From: Tubiluchus corallicola | Lineage: Eukaryota > Animalia > Priapulida | Assembly (NCBI GenBank): GCA_030141605.1 | Contig: JAQGDQ010000164.1 | Location: 186,001-250,000, forward strand | DNA: 64,000 nt | Direction: 5' to 3' | In this document: piece by piece, positions 41,201 through 52,239 of the stretch | How positions within the stretch are numbered: position 1 is the stretch's first letter | How the letters are laid out: each line of letters opens with the position of its first letter | Program-made: the position numbers and the translations under genes | Notes under the pieces: model-generated | Told to the model about the DNA's origin: nothing | Seen by the model: only the letters and a program-made list of their open reading frames with translations | Database searches by the model: none

Positions 41201-41780
41201 ATAATTATTGCAAAATTTTACATTTGCATGCATTATGCGCTACAATATCATCATCATCATTGTCAACAGTGTTCATGTTTCATGCCAAATCATCCCAGAA
41301 CTCACCACGAGGAGGTGGCTGCACTTGAGTTCCACCTAACTAACTTAATTAAAGGTAATAATAAGATATTACCTATAGATCGATTAAATAATTACCGTAA
41401 TAAATTTGTCAAAAAAATTAATCCAGCACTGCCTACTTGCAGTTGAAGTCTAACTACGAAAGGAGAAAGGAACTGATGTTAAAAGAGCAATACTCGCTAA
41501 AAGTTAGTAAGTCTATTGTTCTACATAATATACAATGTACAAACTTAGGTGTAACATTCTAATCATGGCTCGACGTGGTGGAACGATAAATGGNNNNNNN
41601 NNNNNNNNNNNNNNNNNNNNNNNNNNNNNNNNNNNNNNNNNNNNNNNNNNNNNNNNNNNNNNNNNNNNNNNNNNNNNNNNNNNNNNNNNNNNNAACGATA
41701 AATGGTCACTACCATGATGTGAATATGAGTGTTGATATACCAAGTAATTTAAGTAACACTAAACATATTAAACCTTACTT
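32261..41780. repeat. Tandem array of ~750-800-bp units, 12 before the gap, unresolved length
   Basis: Unit starts near 32261, 33039, 33838, 34610, 35390, 36182, 36931, 37703, 38505, 39290, 40062, 40864; N-gap at 41594-41693. Confidence 0.97.
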
Positions 41781-43449
41781 GAGACAGAAATTATTTATTA
41801 TTAGAGCTGAGAAGAAATTTATAACTTCAGATCATTGAAGCCCAAGTTGGCACGTATAAATGATTGAACGGTAACCTGCATCTCTAAATAGATTTGCGCA
41901 TGTTGTAGCAAATAAGCTAGATGGCCTTGGTCAGCTGAGACCTAGCCGCAGGCCTGAACCCATCCGTGGGAATCCGTAACGACTGTCATGATTATGAGTA
42001 AGCCAGCACATCAGTAGTAACCTCATACTTAGGCAAAAGGTTTTCAGAATTTTTCAGGCAAAATGATTTCTTTTCTGGGCAGTTTTTATAAACCTCAATG
42101 AGATCTTTAAAAATAAGCCAAATATGGTCAAAACTTAGATTAGACATCAATGTAATGTTAGTTAATTTTACCCTATTTTTCTGCTTGTAATTCGGGCATT
42201 TAATGTAAGGGTTGCTGATGGAATGGAGCAATCAAATTTATTCCATTTGCATAGCCTAACGAATGGAAAAATGCAAAAACTGAGTAAATCTTGCAGACGA
42301 GCACATGATCAATTAATATAGAAAAAATACATCACAGGCATGATGTTTGTATGTTCAAAGGCAAGCGACACAATATATTTGTTGCTTAGTTATTGTAAAG
42401 CAAGGCTAACTGGCTTAGTTTCTTTATTATACTTATGTCTCGGTATTTTGTAGTGCTTTGAAACTTCGTCTCTACATTTTGTTTACATTTAAAAGTCATT
42501 TTTCCCTACTTGAAGTGTAAATTTTGTGTAAAAATAGCTGCAGCTCTTGCAAATTTGTGTTTATGAAAAAGTGAAATCAGTTTATTTGCTGGTTAGATAT
42601 TATTTGTGACTGTCATGTTGTTTAGTTTACTGACAATTGTTATCCAGTATCTGGTGTTGTTCTGAATCCCGCTGGGTATGCTTACATCACAGTGGAGGCG
42701 GAGCAATAGACCAATATATGTGACGTCAATTACCTAGATGCTCGATATCCTGTCTGTCCAGCTTCAAACACAGCACAGCCTTATTATAAACTTGAGGACT
42801 TGAGGTGAGCATTGAGGTGAGTGCCTGGTTATGTTTCTGCTGAATGTGTAATCTTACGTCATTGACTTCACATCTTGTGATGAAGTTTTCCAATTTTTTC
42901 TATTGATACTGCCATTGTACAATGTTGTATATCCTGTTACAGGAAAACACCTTTAGATTTGTGGCTGAGGAATCATCCATGTTAATGTTTCTGTTGATTT
43001 TTTGCATGTTTGCAGCTTCGGTTTTTTCCGCATTTTCGATTTTTGTGTTCAGCAGAAAAGATTTAGTCAATTTTGCATCACTAAGCTAAGATCCCATTAA
43101 GTTTTTGTTTCATGTGGAGGTCACCACATCTGTATTTTTGCTATTTAGTTCTAAATTCTGCACATTCTTTCAGTGCATATTACTTTCATTGTTTTACCAC
43201 ATTTCCAAGACTGTAACCCTCAAATAGCCCTGACCATCACTTGGACTGCCTCCGTCACCAGTCATAGAAATATGAGTCGAATTTGTATCTACTGTTGTAG
43301 TCGTAAGAGCATCACATACCAGCGTCTGGATCAACATTGTCCATGCCCGTAACCATCACTTCTGACTGCTTAGTTTTCAGGTTTAGATTCGGGTTCAGTG
43401 CTTTTGACACGTTTATCTCAGAGTAAGTTGCCAAAAAAAGGCTATCAAT

Positions 43450-43900
43450 CGGCTATCACATTAACCAGCACTGTCAAACTATACACGAATATTTGTCGTA
43501 TTATCTTTTTCCTTATTTCATAAAGAAAGTTTTTAGCATCATTAAGATTGTCTCCAAATAACAACCAGTTAATTTTCTCCTCTGCAGTATTTCCTTGCCA
43601 ATTTATCTTCTCTCTTTCTTGATCATAAAATGAGCAATGTAGTAACACATGCTTCAAATCTTCAATACTATCATTATATTGACAAACTCTTTGATTTTCA
43701 AGATTTCGGAATATAACCTCAGCAGCGTACAAGAGCCTACTTAGAAAAGCTAAACAAAACTTGGCACAAAAGCAATCTTAGAAAATTGCTTATGTATTTC
43801 ATGATAGCATCTCTGATAGACTTACCAAATGCCTTGAAGATGTCAAGCTTTATTAACTTAGCTTCGAGTATAGCACATCAGTAATGAATCAAGAACAGAG
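43450..43900 (-). mobile_element. Non-LTR retrotransposon 3' remnant
   Basis: RVCQY...IEDLKHVLLHCSFYDQER, a C-terminal zinc-finger motif of LINE ORF2. Confidence 0.65.
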
Positions 43901-45502
43901 AAAGCTCATGCAGTACGTAGCAAAAAGTTGTTTATTATTATTAAAGGCAAATGCTGATTAATATGACTTGGCAGGCTTTACCAATGACAATGACAATGAC
44001 AATGACAATGATAATACTTTTCTCACTCTTGCAATTATTTAAAGGAATAAATTAACTGAAGTAAGCTAATTTCCATAAGGACCGAAAACATACAAATGTA
44101 GAAAAGCCTAGCCAGCGCACAAGGCAGTTTGGGTTTGCATCTTTTTAAGAAGAGCAGTCATGTCATTCCATCTTGCTCAGACAGTGTACTTAGATTCAGC
44201 ATTAAAATCATGGAAGCAACTTTTCTAGGTGTGATGCACAGTCAAAGACTGAAGAATCGATTTGTGGCAATGACTGCCGTATTACGACTCAGCTTTGGTA
44301 GTTATATAGGATAGGATAATTACGTTAGGTAGACGAATTAAACCACTTTATGTGAAGTTAAATTACTAATTTGTTCTGTTTAATTAAGTAACTTCTCCCT
44401 ATCAATAATATTTTGTCTATTTTGTTTTTATTAATTTTGCATCCCTAAGTTTTGCCGAACACATTATGTAGTTATAAATCAATCTAATCTGACACTCTAT
44501 TAACTTACATGAGATTTTGTCGAAATAATAAGAGTTGACATTAATTAAACTAAAGACCACAAAATTATTTGTTTACAATTATCCAAAATGAAGTAGGAAA
44601 AGTTACTACTTACATGTCGCAAATTTTCTACTTAACGATGTGTCTAACAAAATGCAACACTGTTGTGCTATGAAAACTATATTTATTATTACTAATGTAA
44701 TGAAACCTGTCAATGTTCTCTAAGTCAACCAACAGCCTTGCCCAGGTAAATACAGATAAGTACAGGTGAATGGTCATAGTCAAGTAATCAACAAGATACA
44801 TGGCAAAATTCCCATTACCGCCCCCTTAAATGCGACGTCACAGAGCATTTTCCATTTGCAATTCATTTACTTACTGCTTCTCTCAGTCATGCATAACTAG
44901 TTGATGTAACATTTCAGTGAACATTCTTGAATCTTTAAGGTAGCTGTCTGGACAATTCTATGGCTAGGATGTACTTCTTGTACTTTTCGAAGGCATCAAT
45001 AACTTCTAGGAGTATATTCGTCTTTTTATGAGTATCACGTCTTCTATGCGAATTAGCTCTTTCAACTTGCTCCATTTGAATTGTACTTAAAGTAGGAGAA
45101 GATATTCCTTAAGCCATCTTCTCCAAAATGTGTAAGCCATATGTTGGATTTGCTGCCAAAGTTTTCTGTAAATCTCAAAGCTGCTAAAGCCCCTGGAGCG
45201 ATTTGATTAAGGTGTCAGTGCTTCACTGAGAGAGGTTGAAGAATTCAACACGTGAATAATTCCCACCCGTATGGGTCTACTTAAAGTCCAACCCAAGCCT
45301 ATCTTGGTGCATGGGGTGCTGAATGTGCCGGCTTTGTCTAACTTCCAGGGCATCGGAGTGAAGAGTGGTAAATCTTCCATGTATGACCACTTAAGGGTGT
45401 ATGTGCTTCTCTAAAAATTGGATCAGAAAATCGGTTGATACAATAAGTTGATACAACTATTTCGCTATCTCTACTGCTGACCTTAACACAAAAGGCAAAA
45501 CT

Positions 45503-46287
45503 ACATTGTGTTCTTGGCTGCTATCAAATGTAACACATTGTCTTGTTGGCTGCTATCAAATGTAACACATTGTCTTCTTGGCTGCTATCAAATGTAACAC
45601 ATTGTATTCTTGGCTGCTATCAAATGTAACACATTGTATTCTTGGCTGCTATCAAATGTAACACATTGTCTTCTTGGCTGCTATCAAATGTAACACATTG
45701 TCTTCTTGGCTGCTATCAAATGTAACACATTGTCTTCTTGGCTGCTATCAAATGTAACACATTGTCTTCTTGGCTGCTATCAAATGTAACACATTGTCTT
45801 CTTGGCTGCTATCAAATGTAACACATTGTCTTCTTGGCTGCTATCAAATGTAACACATTGTCTTCTTGGCTGCTATCAAATGTAACACATTGTCTTCTTG
45901 GCTGCTATCAAATGTAACACATTGTCTTCTTGGCTGCTATCAAATGTAACACATTGTCTTCTTGGCTGCTATCAAATGTAACACATTGTCTTCTTGGCTG
46001 CTATCAAATGTAACACATTGTCTTCTTGGCTGCTATCAAATGTAACACATTGTCTTCTTGGCTGCTATCAAATGTAACACATTGTCTTCTTGGCTGCTAT
46101 CAAATGTAACACATTGTCTTCTTGGCTGCTATCAAATGTAACACATTGTCTTCTTGGCTGCTATCAAATGTAACACATTGTATTCTTGGCTGCTATCAAA
46201 TGTAACACATTGTATTCTTGGCTGCTATCAAATGTAACACATTGTATTCTTGGCTGCTATAAAATGTAACACATTGTATTCTTGGCT
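45503..46287. repeat. 32-bp minisatellite, about 24 copies, inside the BEL element
   Basis: Unit acattgtcttcttggctgctatcaaatgtaac. Confidence 0.97.
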
Positions 46288-47379
46288 TCTAATTGTTACT
46301 CTTCTGTGGTCTGGTTTTCTGTCATGAAGAAAGCCTCACGAAGTAAGACTGAGTGCTTCCACGAAGATGATAGTAAACAGCTTTGTGGTTTCCGTGACCC
46401 AAATGCTTAAAACAAAGTTAAATCTTCTTTGCGAATCAGACTTGGTTTGTTTACCTCTTAAATTGCCTGCAATTTTGTAACTGATTTTTTTTCTGAGCAT
46501 AAACTGCATTATGTAAGCACAATTTTCTTCGAAAACTGCTCAAAACTTCAGCTGCAAATCTTTTCACTGTGCTTGCTTTTCCTGTGTGCTCTTAGTAATT
46601 TGCCTCTTTTTTGTTTCACTGATCAAGCAACCAAAACACGAGATGAGCAATTTCATCAGCTGCTTATTGAAGAAAGCTCACAGCATCATGTATGTCACGA
46701 TTTCTTCTTTCCCAATTTAAGTACTAGTGTCTGTCTGCCACCAGCTTCATTATTTAAAGGTTGACAGTTGTCTTATTTGCAAGCGGTTACTCCTAGTGTT
46801 AACTTTATTCAAGCAGTTTATTGAAGCTAAAGTATCTGTACATCTGCTCAGTAAATCAGCACAGTTTTGTAGCTTCTCTCCCTTCTTGGGACATTATGCT
46901 TCTAAAGCTGAGTATTTCTTTTATTCATGTTTGTGTGACCAAAAATCACCATAAGGCTGACTAAACATGTTGCCTGAGCAGATAATTTTGCTCACTGATA
47001 GTTTTTCATGACTCGTGTAGGTACACTTTTCCCTTAATTGTTTTGTTTTTCCACTACATAGTTGTGAGAATCGGGCAAATCTAGCTGATTTGTCATCGGT
47101 ATATCTCTCGACTCTTGCTTCGTTTTGATTCATAAAATTCCTCAAATGTAAACTGTTCACTATCAAAACGTTTCTACTTCTGCTTTAGAAAGCCCTTAAG
47201 TTTGATATGTATTGTGCTGTTGGGCCTGATTTTCCGGCATGAGTTTGGCTATTATAGTTAAATCGTCTTGCCAGGTGCCAACCTGTTTTTCATCTAAGTT
47301 TGCTCTTTTGGCTGCACATCGGACTTGAAAGTGGGCACTGAAGCATTTAACTGAGAAGACCCCTTTAGACACCCAATCA

Positions 47380-48110
47380 ATAAAAGACGGCACATGCAAT
47401 AATACATTTCCAACCAGTGTCTGTGATAAAGTGTTATCGACGGCATTACACTCATTATTTTAAATACTGCCAAGGTTTTCCTTGCCCAATAAAATCAATA
47501 ATTTTGATATTATCACGAAAAGTTTGACTGCAGAAAGTTAGATGTAAGGCAGTTCTGTAAGAGTGTTCATATCATAATAGGTAAATGGCAGGTGGTTTGA
47601 TTCCAATTAGCAACCCCAGTCATCATAACTACCATTCTCATTAGCTAAATATGATAATTGCTCATAATAAGTGTTCTGACTGAGTTTACAAACATGAACT
47701 CCAGAAATGAATTTATAGGGCCAGCTGATGTCGGGTGCAGGTGAAAACTTTTTGCTACCAAATAAATCATCAATGTTTTTAACGCAAATATCTAGTTTCC
47801 AGTCAGCATCCAGGAACACACATTTGGAAAACTTAGTCACCCGCCAGCTTTGTAGTTTTGCAAACATAATGCCAACTTCTGATCAACCCAGCAACTCCAC
47901 AAGAACACAAAATTCAGAGTCAAAAATTTTGACTTTCTCAACATGGTCAAATACCTGGTGAAATAGCAGCATCATTTTGTTTGAGATGCCATCCATTGTC
48001 ATAACAAATAATTTGAGTGAAGTTTCTATCACTTTCAGGAAATTCTCTAGAACTATGGCACCCACAGCATATTCATCCCTTGTGGCTGGTGTGACGTAGG
48101 CCTGATCATT
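47380..48110 (-). pseudogene. GYG1: Intronless glycogenin catalytic (GT8) domain, disabled, embedded in BEL gag
   Basis: NDQAYVT..TRDEYAVGAIVL...QVFDHV...KLQSWRVTKFSKCVFLDAD...NIDDLF..KFSPAPDISWP..FISGVHV...HLPFTY...IIDFIGQGKPWQY is colinear with glycogenin MTDQAFVTL...KCVFMDAD...ELSAAPDPGWP...HLPFIY...VHFLGRVKPW. Contains stops and frameshifts. Confidence 0.92.
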
Positions 48111-49224
48111 TATTTCAGTTTTTAGGAAATTTTCTTCAATCCAATTTTTGGCACTAGGTGGTACTACTAACTTGTCTGCCTGAATTTAATCGAAAAAGCA
48201 GCTGTCAGCACCTGAATGTTCATAATCATATGCTATTTCATATTTTTAATTTTCTGATATATAAGATATTGTTTTCTAGTAGTACTCAATTGTTTCATCT
48301 TATTTTTCAAGTATTGCCTTGTTTTCTTCAAAAGCTGCTCCTCGTCATCAAATACTGATGCAGCCTGCAAAGGTTTTTCTTCTTTTCCTCTAGTTCTAAC
48401 AATGCTTTGCAAAACGTCTGCCTTTTGGGATAAAGAAGCTGATTTTACCTTAGACTTGATTCGACATGATTTAACCTGGAAGTTGAGACTTGACTTGTGC
48501 TATCTGTAAGTGAGACTTCTGCATTGGATGAGCACGCTCTTTTCACTGTGGACTTCTGAAGTTTAACTAGTTTAATTTTAGTTCCAGAGACTTTCAACCC
48601 TTTTGTCTACAACTATTTTTCAGCTGTTCCACAGTAAGGCTACCGAACTGATCTTGTGATATCTCAGCAATGAACTTGATTTTCAATTGATAAATATTCA
48701 GGTCTCAGCTGTGATTTTTCTAGCAGCACACAAATAAGCCTCCTAAAATGCTGAATCTACATCAAAGCCTGACTTATTTAGTCCACATACTATGCTCGCA
48801 TAAGGTATACAACCCTGTTTTCTTGATCGTGAAGACTATAAATGACAGTACTAGAATCAATGACTACCATATTCCAACTCACTTTTCTGGTGTCTATAAA
48901 ATAAAAAAGTCACTACAATTTTGTACTTGCAATGAGGATAATTACGTCAGTTCGACAAATTAAACCCATTTATATGACGCTAAGATAATGAAATTTACTC
49001 CAATCTAATAAACTTTTCCATATCAATAATAATTTTTGATAATTTGTCTATTTTGTCACAGTTAATTTTGTAGTTCTAAATCTTACTAAACACAATATCT
49101 AGTTATAAATAAACTTCGCTAGTCATCGATTAATAAGAGTTGGCATTAATTAGACTAAATTGCTGGATTATAAAAATACAATATAATTAAAAAATATGTA
49201 TTTACTTACATTGTATGTTTCCAT

Positions 49225-50699
49225 AGCAGGTAAGATCCTGGCACGTGTCCTACTAAATCAATTGTTGCTGCACCTGGAGAAAGACCTCCCAGAAAGCCAG
49301 TGTGGCTTTAGAGCAAGCAGAGGAATGGTGGATATGATCTTTGCTGCAAGACAACTTCAAGAGAAGTACCAAGAACAGAACGTCTGCCTCTTCACAACAT
49401 TCACAGACCTCACCAAGGCTTTTGATACTGTCAGTAGGAATGGCCTCTGGAAGATCATGGAAAAATATGGATGCCAAAAGAAGTTTATTGATATTATGCG
49501 GCAGTTTCATGAAGACGTGATGGTCAGAGTCCTAGATGATGGAGATATGTCTGAAGCCTTTGAAATAACAAATGGGGTGAAACAGGGCTGTGTACTCGCT
49601 CCAACACTCTTCAGCATGATGTTCTCTACCATGTTACATGATGCGTTTGAAAACACCCAGGATGGCATTAAGATAAAATACAGAACAGATGGCAGCCTCT
49701 TCAATTCCAGGTGCTTGCAAGCTACCACAAAGACTCTCAGTGCTACCTCCCAAGAACAAATGCAAAAAGAGATGGACCACTTTGCATCAGCCTGCAAGAA
49801 CTACGGCCTAACAATCTCTACAAAGAAAACTGAAGTTATGTACCAACCAGCCCCAGGCGCCCCACAGATTCAGCCAAAGATCTTAGTGAATGGTCAAGAA
49901 CTTATCTCTGTTGACAGCTTCACATACCTGGGGAGCACCGTTACCACAGCTGTCAACAATGATACAAAAATCAGCAACAGAATTGCCAGGGCTAGCATTT
50001 CATTTGGAAGACTCCTCTCCAACGTATGGGACAGGAGAGGCATCAGAACCACCACAAAATTGAAGGTGTATAGAGCTGTCGTCATCACTACTCTCCGCTA
50101 TGCCAGCGAATCCTGGACATTATATAGGAGACACGTAAAACAGCTTAACTACTTTCACATGGGCTGTCTGAGGAAAATCCTGCACATCAAGTGACAGGAC
50201 AAGGTGCCAGTCACAGAGGTACTTAAAAGAGCTGACCTCCCCAGTGGGCAGGCCATGTGATTCGCATGCCAGACAACCGCATACCAAAGAAGATGCTCTA
50301 TGGAGAACTTGTGTCGCAAAAGAGAAAGGTTGGACGACCAAAGAAATGCTTCAAAGACAGCCTGAAGGCCTCACTCAAGGAGCTCAGCATGGATATCCGC
50401 TCAATGGAAACCCTTGCACAATATCGCTCAGCATGGCGGAGTGCCATCACCACAGGTGCTGTTAGCAGAGGCGAAAAGAATTGAGGAGGCAGAGGAGAAG
50501 TGCAGGAGATGCAAGGCATGTGACACTGCCCATCAACAGGTCCAAACACCCAGCCTCACCTGTGCCAAATGCCAAAGAAGTTTCCAGGCCAGAATTGGCC
50601 TAGTCAGTCAACTTCGAGCTCATCAAAGGAATGACAACCCCCCAAACTGACCCTTTATCCCTGTCACTATGGTCATCTTCGATTCGAAGGACGAACATC
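49225..50699 (+). mobile_element. 5'-truncated RTE-clade LINE with 10-bp TSD ATGTTTCCAT
   Basis: RT motifs PESQCGFR, DLTKAFDTV, GVKQGCVLAPTLF; C-terminal CAKCQRSFQARIGLVSQ. TSD at 49215-49224 and 50700-50709. The FADD motif is deleted. Confidence 0.93.
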
Positions 50700-52239
50700 A
50701 TGTTTCCATTAAACAAATTTACGTATTATGAAATTAAATGCTTGTACGAAATTACAATAACTAAAGTAAACTAAACAATGATGGGTAGATAATACCTGGT
50801 TTTTGGCAATGATGCATTCGTAAAATGTGCAATGGAAAGAGATCACACATAAAACGTCAAAATAATAAGCTGCTGAGTAAAATTATTTGGAGTTGATGAT
50901 TGATAGTGGTTTACAAAAACTTGCTCAAATCTAACAGCAAACAATTTTTACCTACTTTAAACATTACAATTACACCAACTCCCCCACAGAACGGTTGATT
51001 TTCAATAACATTTTTTCTAGAAAGTATTATAGTTAACAAGTGTTATATATTCTAAATAATAAAAACCTGGGGGAAATCTATAAGATTCAGTTATGTACCT
51101 GAACACGATCGTTCACTATACATAGTGTGAGTCGTGCAACATACTGTTCAGAAAATATTAAAAATAACTACTGCAAGACCAGTATCAGGTATAGACTTGA
51201 TGAGGTTTTTGACTGTGTCAAAAACACTGGTATCTCATATTCAGCAGTGCAGAGTAAGTCGACCCTTAATCACACATAAATTGCAGCCTATCTCAAATAC
51301 TAAAGGGGCACATACAGCCAGGAGAAAATAAATATTCGTCCACTTCACAAATTTTGATCCAGGGCTATACCGTTGCCTGAGCCCTTACCCTTAGTGTCTA
51401 CTGTACAAGTTTGGCAACTCTAGGTACTCTAGTTTTGGAGTTATTCGCTGTTGTAGTGGAGAAACAATAATGAACGATTTATTTCAATAACATTCTGCAA
51501 ATATTGCATAATCTTAAATAATTGAAACCTAGGGCAAATCAATAGGATTCAGTTATGTATCTTAACAAGATTGTTTACTATGCAAAGTGTGGCTTGTGCA
51601 ATAAACTGTTCAGAAAAAATTAATAATAACTACTGCAAGACCAGTATAAGGTATAGACTAGATGACGTTTTTGAGTGTGTCAAAAACAGTGATAACTCAT
51701 TTTCAGCCATGCACAAAAACTCAACTTCACTTAATCGCATAAACTGTGGTCCTGGCTCAAAAACAGGAGGACACAGCACTGGACAGGACACAGAACATTC
51801 ATATAAACGTAGTTTCTCTTGCCTAGTAAGTGTTCACTATGAGCTGCATGGATAACTCTGCGCACATGCAATTATTAAAGATGCACGAAAATAAATATAA
51901 ATAATAAAAACCGAGGACAAATCAAGAAGATACTGCCACATAGCAGAATATTAAAAACATGTCAACAAGTATGGCTAAACATGCAAACTTACCAGATCGA
52001 TGATTTTCATGTTCAGTTCGTGACATCATATATCCCTTTCCACTGCTCATCTACTGACATGATCATTCCAGAATTCCTTATCCCTTACCAAGTACCAACA
52101 TTCTTGCAGTTCATTTATTCTTCAGTTTACTGAAATAAAATAGACGAGTAAGTTCAATATAATTTTGCTTTGGCCGTGACCTGATCAGCAAACTTAAGCA
52201 CACTTTAGTTTAAGTACTTACCTGTTGTTTACCTGAAAA

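Larger units (their letters stand above)
44812..48720 (-). mobile_element. Decayed, internally deleted BEL/Pao LTR retrotransposon whose gag carries a glycogenin domain
   Basis: In order on the minus strand: SAP-like motif; DSTSQVS; coiled coil; glycogenin; LSKAEVETF...TDDKSARFARFSQLCSGKTKQL (DUF1759-like); SFLQ*AADEIAH; CSLC...QNCRQF...LCFKHLGHG...KHSVLL knuckles; protease start VKVSSRDSEIVVSTY; integrase C-terminus QQIQHMAYTFWRRWLKEYL (DUF5641-like); polypurine tract AAGGGGGCGG at ~44818-44827. Confidence 0.85.

Noticed and set aside
32261-41780. Array as 5S, snRNA, SL RNA, histone or hammerhead retrozyme repeat
   Set aside because: No recognisable 5S or snRNA sequence, no histone ORF, no CUGANGA/GAAA hammerhead core, and the AATTTGTC Sm-like site has no downstream hairpin.
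42690-43400. Promoter-like motifs (CCAAT, TGACGTCA, TATA) and a 36-aa hydrophobic ORF at ~42979
   Set aside because: Such motifs are expected by chance in AT-rich DNA; no recognisable homology and many stops on both strands.
47380-48110. Functional host glycogenin gene
   Set aside because: No start codon, several stops and frameshifts, no introns, and flanked by gag sequence.
44315-49165. Direct repeats at 44315-44560 and 48935-49165 as LTRs of the glycogenin-bearing element
   Set aside because: Highly diverged, not abutting the polypurine tract or a clear PBS, and a third copy occurs at 52240. Better explained as host tandem duplication; the LTRs remain unresolved.
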